Source of the DNA: Histomonas meleagridis 2922-C6/04-290x
Taxonomy: Eukaryota > Protista > Parabasalia
Length of the DNA: 64,000 nucleotides
Direction of reading: 5' to 3'
Assembly: GCA_020184695.1 (NCBI GenBank)
Contig: JAANOX010000153.1
Location: forward strand, 248,001 to 312,000
This document shows positions 30,324 through 41,201 of the stretch, one piece after another. Made by a program: the position numbers and the translations under genes. The notes under the pieces are model-generated. The model ran no database searches. It saw only the letters and a list, made by a program, of their open reading frames with translations, and was not told the origin of the DNA. Each line of letters opens with the position of its first letter. Positions within the stretch are counted from its first letter, which is position 1.

Positions 30324-33300
30324 TTATTTATCTTTATTTGAGTGATCATATTTCTCTTTTTCGATTATATCAATAAATTCTACATGTTCACTATGTAGTC
30401 TTTCTGAATAGTGATTGACGTTTTCCGAAAATTGAGTAATTAATTCTATAATTTGTGGATTCATTGAGTTTTTTATCGATTTATTTATTAGTTCTTCGTA
30501 ATGAATTTTAACTTTCTGTACAATTAACGCCATCATTTGCTTGAACTCTGTGTTACATGTATTAAATGATATTGACCAAAAAAGTTCATTTTCACCAAAT
30601 ATTTCCAAAATTGATTTTACAAACAATTCAAACTGTTGAATGTATTCATTAAATATATTTTTTGGTATTTGTTCTTTTTGCTTTTCGATTTTTTTCGAGT
30701 TTTTTAATAATAAATTTGACTTTGATATATAATCATTAATTATATTAAATCCGGAAGAATTTGTATTTAAAACTTCAGAAGATTCATTATCACTTAAATT
30801 GTTAAACGAAACTCTTTTTAAGTTAATATTATATCTATTTCGTAAGCTAATAAAACCACTTTTTTCTTCTTTTGTTAATTGGAGTTGCAATTTTTTCTTT
30901 TTTGATTGTGATGCTGTTGCATGTATACAAGCAGTTGCAGCATCATGTAAATCTTGCATCATTTCCGATGTTTCTTTTATAAAGTTAACAACATCAGATC
31001 TTAATGCAACAAGTGGGAAATGTGATTTATTTTGAATAAGTTGTGCGATTAAATATTTTATTTTATTAATTTGTGAATATAATGGTTCAATTTTATTTGT
31101 AAATTTGGTTATGAATAAAGTAATTTGATAAATAAGTAATTCTAAAAGTTGTTGAAAACCTTCCATAAATATTTTCCTTGTTTTAATTTCTTTATTAATA
31201 AATTGTTCAATTTGTTTTTTATGAATTAGTTCTTGTTTTTCGAGTTTTAGTTTTAATTTTTTCTCAATTTCTGAAGATTTTTGTTTGATTCGATTTATTT
31301 TATTTTTTGGTGATTTGAGTTTTGTCTTTAATATTTTTATTTCTTCTGTTAAATTATTTATTTCTTTAGATAATTTTTCATTTTCTTCCAAAATTGATGA
31401 TTTTTCGATTTCACTTTGAATTGTTTCGAATTTTTTAATTAATTTATGATTTTGTTTTTTAAGTTTTTTATTTTCATTTTGTAAAATTAAATAATTTTCA
31501 TTAAGATTTAAGTTTTCTGTTTGTAAACTTAACGAGTCTTCACGAATTAATTCATTAGTTTTTCTTGAGCCTGAATATGTTGATGATAAATTTTCTGTTG
31601 TTTCGTTTTGTAAATATGAAGAACGAGTCTTTGAATGCTTTAATGCTCTTCTTAATAATTTATTTTGTTCTGTTAGTTTTTGATTAAGAATTTTTAAAGT
31701 TTCAAGTTCTTTTGATTTTTCATTATGTTGATAATTTAATTCTTCAAATTCTTTTTTTACATTTTTATTTGTTTCATTTTCTTTTTTTAATTCTTGATTT
31801 TGCTTTGTAAGATTTTCTAATTCTTTTTTTAATTTCAATGAATTTTCATCAAGTTTTTTATTTTGCAATCGAAGATTTTTGATTTCTTTATTTTTAAGTG
31901 TTTCATTTTCTTCTGTAATTTTTCTGTTTTTTATTTGAAGTTCTTCAATAATTTTTTCATTAGATATTTGTTTATTTTTTAATGTATCGTTTTCTTCTTG
32001 AAGTTTTTGGTTAATATTTTTAAGATCACTTAAATCTTTTATACTTAGTATTGACATTGATTCAGAAGCTAAAAGATCTTCTTCAGTTTTCTCTTCATCA
32101 CTTGATAATGTAAATGTACCAAATGTTTTCTGATTTATATATTTTGGTGTAACATTTAAGTTCTGCGATTTTATTGATTGAGAACTTGATAAAATTTGTT
32201 GATTAAGTCTTTGATGTAATTCATTTTTCTCTTTAACTAAATTTTCATTTACTTGTTGTAATGATGCTAATTCATTATTAACTTCATTTACCATTTGTTT
32301 ATAATTTGATTCGTTTTTTTCTAATTGATTAACTTTCTCTTTTAATTCATTGATAATTTTTTCATTTGGAACAAAAGAATTTTTAAGATCATTTATTTCC
32401 ATTTTAAGTTCTTTGTTTTCTTTAACTAAGTTTTCATGATTTGTAATTGCAGAATTAACATCTTTGCCTTCAAATTTTATTACCAATGATGCAATAACCT
32501 TCTGAAGGTTTTCTTTTTCATTTCTTTCAGTAAACAAAAGATTATTTGCATTTTCAAGTTTGTTTTGAAGAGAAGCTTTTTCTTTATTATCATTTTGGAG
32601 ATTGGATATTTTGGATTTCAGTTTTTCATTTTCTGCTCTGAGCTGATCAATTGTTTCTGTAGCATTTTCGAGATTTTGTATAAGTTCTTCGACTCCGTTA
32701 TAGTCAATAAATGGCATATCATCACGAGCTTGGCTGTTTTTTGTTAGTTCTTGAATTTTTTGCCGCAAAACTGTGTTTTCATCTATAAGAGATTTTAATG
32801 AATTTTGTAAATTTTCAATAATAGGATTATTTTTAGTCAGCTCATCATTCTCTTGAGTTAGCTCGCTTACTTTTTGAGTGAGTTCTGTTATTTGAAGTTG
32901 GAGATTTCGTATGATATCTTGATTATTTTTATCCGCATTTTCAAGATTTTCAAGTTTAGCACGTAAAGATGTACTTTCTAGTGCGGCTTCAGCATCACTT
33001 TCTAGTTGAAAAGTATCATCTGTAAGAGAATTGACTATATGATTTGCCCTAATTTCATTCTGTAATCTTTGATTTTCTTCCAAAGCTTTTAAAAGTTTGT
33101 CTTGTAGGTCTTCATTCATTGTTGATGAATTTTGTTCATCTTGTGATAATTTTGCAATTAATCTTTCTTGATCCATAAATTCTTGCCTTATAATTTCTTC
33201 TATATTACGTGATTCTAAAAAATTATTGAACCTTGCTTCCAAATTACTAAGAAGCATTCGAAGAGTAAAATTTTCACTTTCTAATTCATCTACATGCTGC

Positions 33301-33401
33301 TGATATTCCTTTGCAAGTATGAATGGAGAGTTAATTGTTTGATCTAATGATGATTTTTTTGATTGGGGTGTTGATAAAAATTCATATTTTGGATTTAGCA
33401 T
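30324..33401 (-). CDS. Long coiled-coil protein with N-terminal centrosomin motif 1 (CM1)-like segment
   Basis: KEYQQHVDELESENFTLRMLLSNLEARF resembles CM1 (..L.KENF.LKL.I..LE.RL); remainder heptad-rich. Confidence 0.65.
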   Translation of the reverse strand: MLNPKYEFLSTPQSKKSSLDQTINSPFILAKEYQQHVDELESENFTLRMLLSNLEARFNNFLESRNIEEIIRQEFMDQERLIAKLSQDEQNSSTMNEDLQDKLLKALEENQRLQNEIRANHIVNSLTDDTFQLESDAEAALESTSLRAKLENLENADKNNQDIIRNLQLQITELTQKVSELTQENDELTKNNPIIENLQNSLKSLIDENTVLRQKIQELTKNSQARDDMPFIDYNGVEELIQNLENATETIDQLRAENEKLKSKISNLQNDNKEKASLQNKLENANNLLFTERNEKENLQKVIASLVIKFEGKDVNSAITNHENLVKENKELKMEINDLKNSFVPNEKIINELKEKVNQLEKNESNYKQMVNEVNNELASLQQVNENLVKEKNELHQRLNQQILSSSQSIKSQNLNVTPKYINQKTFGTFTLSSDEEKTEEDLLASESMSILSIKDLSDLKNINQKLQEENDTLKNKQISNEKIIEELQIKNRKITEENETLKNKEIKNLRLQNKKLDENSLKLKKELENLTKQNQELKKENETNKNVKKEFEELNYQHNEKSKELETLKILNQKLTEQNKLLRRALKHSKTRSSYLQNETTENLSSTYSGSRKTNELIREDSLSLQTENLNLNENYLILQNENKKLKKQNHKLIKKFETIQSEIEKSSILEENEKLSKEINNLTEEIKILKTKLKSPKNKINRIKQKSSEIEKKLKLKLEKQELIHKKQIEQFINKEIKTRKIFMEGFQQLLELLIYQITLFITKFTNKIEPLYSQINKIKYLIAQLIQNKSHFPLVALRSDVVNFIKETSEMMQDLHDAATACIHATASQSKKKKLQLQLTKEEKSGFISLRNRYNINLKRVSFNNLSDNESSEVLNTNSSGFNIINDYISKSNLLLKNSKKIEKQKEQIPKNIFNEYIQQFELFVKSILEIFGENELFWSISFNTCNTEFKQMMALIVQKVKIHYEELINKSIKNSMNPQIIELITQFSENVNHYSERLHSEHVEFIDIIEKEKYDHSNKDK

Positions 33402-33860
33402 GTATAAGGCCGTTTAATAATAAAACCCCGCGGCAAAACTTAAAGTTGCTCCCTGAAAAAAATTATATAATTCGTTAATCTAGATACGGATAAATTTTAC
33501 CAAAACTTTTTTATTTATCTGCTGTACAAAAATTACTGTAATCTAGCTTAACCATTGATTCTTTTTTAAATAAAGATATGGCAATTACACATTTTGTTGA
33601 ATGTTTCATGCAAGAATAGTGTTAGTTGTTTTATAATTTCAAATTTCAACGATTCATATATTCACTTGACATTAATAAAAACTAAATATTTATCTTAATA
33701 TATGTTTTACATAAAAATTGTTGAGTTGATCATCTTTCAGTTATTTTAGGCTTTTATCTATGTTACAGAAAGAAATATCGATGAGAATTATAAGAAAAAT
33801 TTCAATTCAATTTTCAGGTTCCAAAACAGTTTTCTATTGGATACGTTAAATTACCCTCAA

Positions 33861-36023
33861 ATGAGAAAGTCTCTTTCTACACCTAGAACACCATCACAAA
33901 AAAATCAATTATCAAACTTAGCAAAAGCAAGAAATATTATCTCAGGTTTGAAAGATACTTTCACAAAATTTCATGTTTCTTCAAAAAATCGACTATTTTT
34001 CAATAAATGTTTTCGAAATTTACTTTTTCAAATTCCCAAATCAGAACAAGATCAAGAGGGTAATAAAAATTTTTGGGATGAATGGCAACGATTTCGTGAA
34101 TCAATAACAAAGAAAACATCTATTTCAGCAACATTATTTTTTAAATCATATCTTGATGAAAAATTCGAGTCACTAAAAAATATGCTTGATTCTGCTTTTT
34201 CATCTCCTCCAATAAAATCAACAGATAATTTAGAAACATTAAAACAAGCAATTTATGCTCTTTTTGAGAACTTACAACATGTCATACAAAGTCAATTCGG
34301 TCCGAATTCCAATAATTCCCAAATAATTCACGGCCTTCTATCCAAAAAAGATTCTGTTCAAATCATTATTGATCAAATGAACTCCAAATTCCCACGATTT
34401 TCAAAAGAAAAGGATGCTTTTAATTCCTCCACGAAAGATCTTCTTGAAGGAATATCACAACTCCCTAAAATGAGTAAAGATTTATCTTCAATTCCAGAAA
34501 TCCTTGAAAAAGATGAAAAAATTCTTCTTTCTCTTATACCAAAGCTTCCTAAACCGCCCAAGCCAAAGCCAACTCGTCGTAGCGTGCAGTTAACACCTGA
34601 ACCCAAAACTGACACATCAAAAAGGGCACCCCAACTCCCAGAAATCAAACCTCTCAACCTTTTAGTCGATGATGATTTATCAGATACATTTCATGATCTT
34701 TCACTTGCACTTTCATCTGAGCCATCAGATGAAATACAGATCAAACCTTTACAAGATAATGATTATGAAAAATTAAAAGAAGATTATTCACTTCTTAAAG
34801 AACAATTTCAATCAGCAATTAATAATATAAAAAAATTAACCAAAAAGAACAATAAATTAAAAGCAGAAAATAATGAAATTAATGATAAAGTAAAAGAATT
34901 ACAAAATATTTTAGTTCAAACACCACTTAAAAGAAATTTCGATACAACATTTGAAGATGAAGAAGAACGAATTGAGAAAATCAATGAAGATATGAAGACA
35001 AAAGTTGATTCATTACTTAGGGATAGAGAACTTTTATATGATAACATTGAGAAACTTGCTGATGAAAATGCTCGTTTGAAACAGAAATTAAATATTGGAA
35101 ATGCAAATAAAAATTTCGAAGTAAATTCACAAGAAGTTACATCTTTAATTCAACAAATTAAACTTCATGAAGAAACAGAAGAATTATATGAAGATGAAAT
35201 GCAAAGATTAATTCAAATCCAAAATTGTTTGCTTCAAACAAAAGATAAAAATGATTTTTCTATTTTGTTCGATAATGAAGTTCTTCATAAAGAAAAAATC
35301 GATTTAATGGGTCAACTTCAATCTCAAAAAAATGAATTAGAATTTTATAAAACAATTAGAGAGAAAACATTACAAAATGATAAAAATGACCCGAAAATTA
35401 GTTCAATACTTACAGAAAATGCAGAATTATCAAAGAAACTTTCGCAAGTAAAAAATAAAAATAAAAATCTTAGGAAACAATTAACAGAGTTAATAAACTC
35501 AAAAAATATGTTGGACGATGAAAGAAATATTCTCTTTTCACAAAAATTACGTCAACTTCAACTACAACTTGAAATGCAGAAATATAGTTCGAAAATAATA
35601 CATTTAAAAACTAAAATAAAAATAGAAAAACAAAAAAATTTAAATAATTTTAAACCGTCAAATGAAATAAACGTTCTCCAAGGTGAGGTGAAGACGTTTA
35701 TGAGCGGTTATAAAGAAGCACTTGAATGGGGATATGAACAACAACGTCTTTATCTATCAGAAGTTAGAAAGAATGAAACATTATCAATACGAAATTCTAT
35801 TTTAGAAAAAAAGAATAAAACACCGATATCCAATTCGGAAGAAGAACTAATAAAAAAGATAAACATCAAAACAGAAGAAATCCAAAAAATCACTAATGAA
35901 AATATGAAAATAAAATCAGCAATAATGCAGTTATATAAGAAATGTTATATAAATGAAGAAACACCTTCCGAAACAAGTGCGATTGATCTTTTGAACAAGA
36001 TATATCAAAAGATTCAATCTTAA
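33861..36023 (+). CDS. Hypothetical coiled-coil protein with Pro-rich hinge
   Basis: 720-codon ORF from first ATG at 33861; PKLPKPPKPKP hinge followed by heptads. Confidence 0.8.
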   Translation: MRKSLSTPRTPSQKNQLSNLAKARNIISGLKDTFTKFHVSSKNRLFFNKCFRNLLFQIPKSEQDQEGNKNFWDEWQRFRESITKKTSISATLFFKSYLDEKFESLKNMLDSAFSSPPIKSTDNLETLKQAIYALFENLQHVIQSQFGPNSNNSQIIHGLLSKKDSVQIIIDQMNSKFPRFSKEKDAFNSSTKDLLEGISQLPKMSKDLSSIPEILEKDEKILLSLIPKLPKPPKPKPTRRSVQLTPEPKTDTSKRAPQLPEIKPLNLLVDDDLSDTFHDLSLALSSEPSDEIQIKPLQDNDYEKLKEDYSLLKEQFQSAINNIKKLTKKNNKLKAENNEINDKVKELQNILVQTPLKRNFDTTFEDEEERIEKINEDMKTKVDSLLRDRELLYDNIEKLADENARLKQKLNIGNANKNFEVNSQEVTSLIQQIKLHEETEELYEDEMQRLIQIQNCLLQTKDKNDFSILFDNEVLHKEKIDLMGQLQSQKNELEFYKTIREKTLQNDKNDPKISSILTENAELSKKLSQVKNKNKNLRKQLTELINSKNMLDDERNILFSQKLRQLQLQLEMQKYSSKIIHLKTKIKIEKQKNLNNFKPSNEINVLQGEVKTFMSGYKEALEWGYEQQRLYLSEVRKNETLSIRNSILEKKNKTPISNSEEELIKKINIKTEEIQKITNENMKIKSAIMQLYKKCYINEETPSETSAIDLLNKIYQKIQS

Positions 36024-36252
36024 AGTCCAAATGACATATCAATATTATAACTTTGTAAATATGTTTATAAATTATTTTTATTAATTGTTTAAAAGAAAAT
36101 TAATTTTAAGTTATGATAAAGTCATAAATAGTATAAATACAATTTTGTTTTTATGATCACTTAAAATTTAATTTTCGAACTTTGAATGAAAATCACTTGA
36201 AAAATTTTCATGATATAAAAAAAATTAATTAATTATTATTTAGTTCGACATA

Positions 36253-38943
36253 TTAACCATCAAAAAAATCTGTGATATCGAAGCCTTTCTTCTTATGAAC
36301 CTTTGGCGCTCCCCAACTCATCAAATCGCTCTTTCCCCATCCTTCATTCCTTCTTCCTTTGCTTCTACTTCTTCCTCCCTTATATCCAATGTTCATCATT
36401 GGACTAAAGTCGTTGAAGTCATCATCAAACATATCATTATTCATACCAAATGCGTTTGAAGGTATTTCATTATTATTAAAACCAAATGTATTTGATGTCA
36501 TTTCGCTCCCATTAAAATTGAACGAGTTCTCATTTTGTGATATTTCTTTAATTTGTTTTCCAATGTTCACTTGTGGCTTTTCCACATAATTTATTGGATG
36601 AACGCCATTCTTAAACTGGTCGAAATATCCAATAATTTCTTTATCCTGAGTAAGTTCCTCAGGTTTCTTCCCATCGTTATCTCTCACGTTAATATTTGCG
36701 TCTTTATGATTTAACAAAGCGACAATAAACTTCGGCTCATTATCACTCACAGCCATATGTAACACAGTTTTCTCATTAATATCTCTCACGTTCACATTAA
36801 TATTTTTATGTGTTAATAACAATGAAAATATATCGAAGTTCTTATGTTGTAATGCAATCATTAAAGGTGTTTTCCCAGGTAATGTTTGTATTACTTTACC
36901 ATCAGCACCTATAATAGGAATTAGTGAAGTTAATGTGTTAACATCAATGTCTTCACTCGTCAAAAGGATTTCGACGATTTCTTTATAATCTTTTTTACAT
37001 GCTACATGTAATGGTGTTAATCCAAGTTTTGATTTTATGTTCACGTTAATGTTTTTTGCTTTTAATAATAATTTAACAACGCCAACTTCGCATTTCTCAC
37101 ATGCAAAATGTAATGCTGAAAATCCGGATGAGTTTTGGATATTAACATTAACATCTTCTTGTTCTAATAACGTTTCGATTATTTCTTTCTTACCAAATGA
37201 ACATGCAGTATGTAATGGCGTATAACCAACAGCATCAGCAACATTACAAATCTCTTTAATCTGTTTGTTGTTAAATAAACATTTGATTCGTTCAGATGTT
37301 TCATGTTCACAGAAATAATGTAAAATGGTACTTCCATATTCATTTGTAAATAACTTTAAGTCAATGCCATCTAAAAGTAATTCGAATAATTTTTGATCTT
37401 TTTGATGACATACTATTTCTAAATATGAAGTCGGATCAATTAAATCACCAATTTGCGTCTTAAGCCATTTAATAACTTGGATATTAACCGATGAACATGA
37501 TGCTTCAAATGCTGCTTGGAAATTAAATGAAGATAAACAATCAAATGTTGAAAAGAATTTAAATAATGGAAAATTATATGATGCGCATTTGGTATGAACT
37601 GAAGAAACATCAAAGCTCTTATATAACTCTAAAAGTTCTATAAATATCGGAAAATTAAACATTTCAATGCTTAAGCCCATAAGTTCTGTTAAATTAAAAT
37701 TAGTATTTGATTTCATGAAATATTGAAATAGATCTGTATTACGATAAATAATACTATTATTAATGCTGTGTATGATATTATCACAATAAAATATTGGTAA
37801 TTCTTTCCCATCTTCAGTAACAAAAGTTTTGAGCTGTTCGGGGTTGGCCAAAAAACGATAGCATTTCTCTGAACGATAGAACGATGCGTATTGAATTAAG
37901 CTAACTTTTTGTGAGACGATGGTGCATCGTTCATAAATTGAGTCAAGATTTGATGTACCTGAAATAAGTTGTTGAAGTTGATCAACATCGTCATTACGAA
38001 TAGCTTCAGCTATTGGATTTGGATTCCTTCCTTTTGAAATGAGTTCTTTATGAGTTTTCCAATTATCTTTTTCATTAGATTGAATGAAATCTTGTGGTAG
38101 AGATTGTGCAAGATCAGCTTCAGCATAAAGATGTGCAAAGAAAAGATTCGGTTTGAGATTTGTGGTAATAAAAGATTTATCGATTAATTCTTTTTCAAGC
38201 ATTTTCTGTAAAATGAAATGAATTTCATTTGGAAATGGAATGGATTTGTTTGTTTCGCTATTGTAGCGGTATAAAAGAGAATTTGCAAAGTCTTTTGCAT
38301 ATGATTCAAATCCGGAAATTTGAGTAATTTTTTTAATAAAATCAACGTAAAGTTCTATGTTGTCATGACGTGCTATACATGAGCCAAATATAATGCCATA
38401 TGATATTTCAAGATAAGAATCAAAAATTCCATATGCACCAATAAAAATTTTCACTGTTTTTTCGATATTTTCTGGAGTAAGATTAAAAATTATATCGTTA
38501 ATGAATAAAAGTAATTGAAATATTGATCTTTTTTCGGTTATGACATTATGTATTTCATCGCAATATTGAAGAAAAGCATCTACTTGGCTATTGAGTTCTT
38601 CGATTTCAAAAGCCTTTGCTATTATCTTTAAAATTGTTGTATTTGATTTTGTGAATGAAATTCGTTTGCCTGAAAATATATCATTAATCATCATTATTGC
38701 AAAATCTAGATCAGGATTTTCAATTTCCAAATTTAATTCTATTGTTTTCTGATTTGGATCTTTTTCAAGAATATTTTTTATCATTTTGCTGTATGAAATT
38801 GCATTGGTTTTATCAATAGAAGTCTTTGTCCCATTGATGGTCAAATCTATTTGTTCTCTTTGTTGTGGGCGTAAGCCAAAAGAATAATTCATTTTGTTAG
38901 AGAATAATGTCAATGTTTTTTCAGAGCTTTTGTGGAATGACAT
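36253..38943 (-). CDS. BTB-like + DUF3447-like + uninterrupted ankyrin-repeat protein
   Basis: 896-aa continuous ORF; repeats such as DAVGYTPLHTAC, NSSGFSALHFAC and SKLGLTPLHVAC have normally encoded linkers. Confidence 0.88.
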   Translation of the reverse strand: MSFHKSSEKTLTLFSNKMNYSFGLRPQQREQIDLTINGTKTSIDKTNAISYSKMIKNILEKDPNQKTIELNLEIENPDLDFAIMMINDIFSGKRISFTKSNTTILKIIAKAFEIEELNSQVDAFLQYCDEIHNVITEKRSIFQLLLFINDIIFNLTPENIEKTVKIFIGAYGIFDSYLEISYGIIFGSCIARHDNIELYVDFIKKITQISGFESYAKDFANSLLYRYNSETNKSIPFPNEIHFILQKMLEKELIDKSFITTNLKPNLFFAHLYAEADLAQSLPQDFIQSNEKDNWKTHKELISKGRNPNPIAEAIRNDDVDQLQQLISGTSNLDSIYERCTIVSQKVSLIQYASFYRSEKCYRFLANPEQLKTFVTEDGKELPIFYCDNIIHSINNSIIYRNTDLFQYFMKSNTNFNLTELMGLSIEMFNFPIFIELLELYKSFDVSSVHTKCASYNFPLFKFFSTFDCLSSFNFQAAFEASCSSVNIQVIKWLKTQIGDLIDPTSYLEIVCHQKDQKLFELLLDGIDLKLFTNEYGSTILHYFCEHETSERIKCLFNNKQIKEICNVADAVGYTPLHTACSFGKKEIIETLLEQEDVNVNIQNSSGFSALHFACEKCEVGVVKLLLKAKNINVNIKSKLGLTPLHVACKKDYKEIVEILLTSEDIDVNTLTSLIPIIGADGKVIQTLPGKTPLMIALQHKNFDIFSLLLTHKNINVNVRDINEKTVLHMAVSDNEPKFIVALLNHKDANINVRDNDGKKPEELTQDKEIIGYFDQFKNGVHPINYVEKPQVNIGKQIKEISQNENSFNFNGSEMTSNTFGFNNNEIPSNAFGMNNDMFDDDFNDFSPMMNIGYKGGRSRSKGRRNEGWGKSDLMSWGAPKVHKKKGFDITDFFDG

Positions 38944-39207
38944 GTCATATCAACAGAAGCAAGAATTTAAATCAAAAAATATCATTACATCTAGCTCAAT
39001 ATTAATTACTGATGAGTAATTAGTTTGAAATTTTTTTGAAATGATAAGTTTTATTTGAATCTGTAAATTGCATAAATTTTATTAAATTTAAAAAACATTA
39101 AATGTTTAATTAAAACTTGATTGCATTCAACCCGTAAAAGCATTTGAGCAGGCTTTCTAAAAGAAGAATATTGTTTTCAGCAAGTTTTTGCAATCTTTAT
39201 ATATTGA

Positions 39208-40764
39208 ATGGGATTTAATCGTATCAATTATCGTCGGCATTTTTTGACTGTCATTTTCATTGGGATGAAACGAAACACCAAATATAAAATTGGTATTGAT
39301 CTTGGCACAACATATTCAAGTGTTGCTATATATAGAAACAATCGCGCAGAGATTCTTAATAATAATAATTCACATCCAATTACACCATCATGTGTTCTTT
39401 TTAATGATTCTGAGGTTATTACAGGTGATGAAGCAAAAGGCATGGGCTATGATTTACCAAACAACCTAATTTATGACTCTAAACGTATGATTGGTCTTAC
39501 TTTTGACAAAATCAAAAATGAACTTTCTTCATGGCCATTCAAAGTTATCAGTAATAATGAAGGTTATCCAATGATTGAAGTGTCCTTTGAAGGCGAAGTC
39601 AAACGTTATTCTCCACAAAAAATTTCTTCTTATATATTAAGGGAAATGAAACATATGGCCACAGATTTTTTAAGTACAGATAATATTGAAGCCGTAATTA
39701 CTGTTCCTGCTGATTTCAATGCCCAACAACGAAAATTTACTCGTATAGCAGCCGAACTTGCCGAATTAAAAGTCATACGAATTATTGATGAACCGACAGC
39801 AGCAGCTATAGCATATGGATATGACAACAACATTGACACCCAAACCATGGCATTAGTATTTGACTTTGGTGGAGGTACACTTGATGTATCATTACTTGAA
39901 ATCATTACAAAGAAGTACACAGTCTTAGCAACAGCAGGCGATCCACATCTTGGCGGGCAAGACATTGATAATAATCTCTTTAATTATGTTGCTGATTGTT
40001 TCCAGCAATTAAAACAATGCGATCTTCGAGGAAATTCACGTTCGAGGTCCATCTTAAGAAACGAATGTGAAAAGGCCAAAATAACATTAACAAAGTCTAA
40101 ATCGGCCAATATCTCATGTGCATCATTATATAATGGGATTGATTTCACCATGAAAATAACTCGTGAAAAATTCGAAGAAATCAACAGCGAAATCTTCGAA
40201 CGAATGTTACTTCCAATACATAAAGTTTTAGACGACATGAAACTAACGAAAGATAAAATCGACTCAGTAATTCTTGTTGGCGGAACATCGAAAATTCCAT
40301 CTGTCATCAAGAGACTTGAAGACTTCTTTGGCAAAGACAAAATCAAACGCGGAGTCGATGCACAAACAGCGGTAACAATTGGCGCAACGATATTAGCGAA
40401 CAATGAACATATCATCGAATCAGTTTTATCACATTCACTCGGAGTAATGGTCGACAACGGGAAAATGGAAACAATTATACCGCGAAACACTAAAATACCA
40501 ACAAAAGTATCGAAGAAGTTTACAACTGTTAAAAATAATCAGCCAAAAATAGTGGTCGGAGTTTATATGGGTGAAGAAGAAGAAGTGGTAAAGAATACGT
40601 TCCTCGGCGCTTTTACGTTGGTAGGAATTATGAACGCGGAAAATGGAGTTCCGCAAATTAATGTAACATTCGAAATTAATGAAGAAGGAATTGTAAGCGT
40701 GTCGGCAGAGGACCAGAACACAGGCGCGTCAAACAAAATTGACTTGGAGAGCATTGTGAAATAA
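39208..40764 (+). CDS. Divergent Hsp70 (ATPase and substrate-binding domains, no helical lid/EEVD)
   Basis: IGIDLGTTYS, IIDEPTAAAIAYG, VFDFGGGTLDVS, VILVGGTSKIP; ends shortly after VSAED. Confidence 0.92.
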   Translation: MGFNRINYRRHFLTVIFIGMKRNTKYKIGIDLGTTYSSVAIYRNNRAEILNNNNSHPITPSCVLFNDSEVITGDEAKGMGYDLPNNLIYDSKRMIGLTFDKIKNELSSWPFKVISNNEGYPMIEVSFEGEVKRYSPQKISSYILREMKHMATDFLSTDNIEAVITVPADFNAQQRKFTRIAAELAELKVIRIIDEPTAAAIAYGYDNNIDTQTMALVFDFGGGTLDVSLLEIITKKYTVLATAGDPHLGGQDIDNNLFNYVADCFQQLKQCDLRGNSRSRSILRNECEKAKITLTKSKSANISCASLYNGIDFTMKITREKFEEINSEIFERMLLPIHKVLDDMKLTKDKIDSVILVGGTSKIPSVIKRLEDFFGKDKIKRGVDAQTAVTIGATILANNEHIIESVLSHSLGVMVDNGKMETIIPRNTKIPTKVSKKFTTVKNNQPKIVVGVYMGEEEEVVKNTFLGAFTLVGIMNAENGVPQINVTFEINEEGIVSVSAEDQNTGASNKIDLESIVK

Positions 40765-41201
40765 GTAAAAATATATAATTTGTTTTGTAAATAAGTTATA
40801 GTTTTGTTTTTGTTGATTATGAACATTATCAGTGACACAAAATGTATTGGCATATTGTTGGCTAATGTAATTCATTTTTGAAAAATAATATTTGTCAGTC
40901 TTGAATAAAAATGCACAATTGGATGTTGAGTAATTAAGATAATTTTCGAAAATTTGGAATAACTTTGTAATTTTATTTTATGAATGTATACTAAATAAGG
41001 GAATTTCGAAATTCATAATAGACTTATAATTTTAAATGCTGGTGAATGAAAACATTTTCTACCCAGCGGTAAATTCAAAGAAACAGAAATTGAGAAATTA
41101 ATATTAATAAAACGTGCAATAAACCATGGAACTTCTTTGTGATCAATAGCTTGAAAATGTGTTAGAAAACTATAAATAAAAATTGAGTTATATTGAATTG
41201 T

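Noticed and set aside
36860-36930. 15-aa insertion in an ankyrin linker of the uninterrupted paralog as retained 17-nt elements
   Set aside because: The excess is 45 nt (not a multiple of 17), GC-richer and without the RT...TT pattern; probably a real loop.
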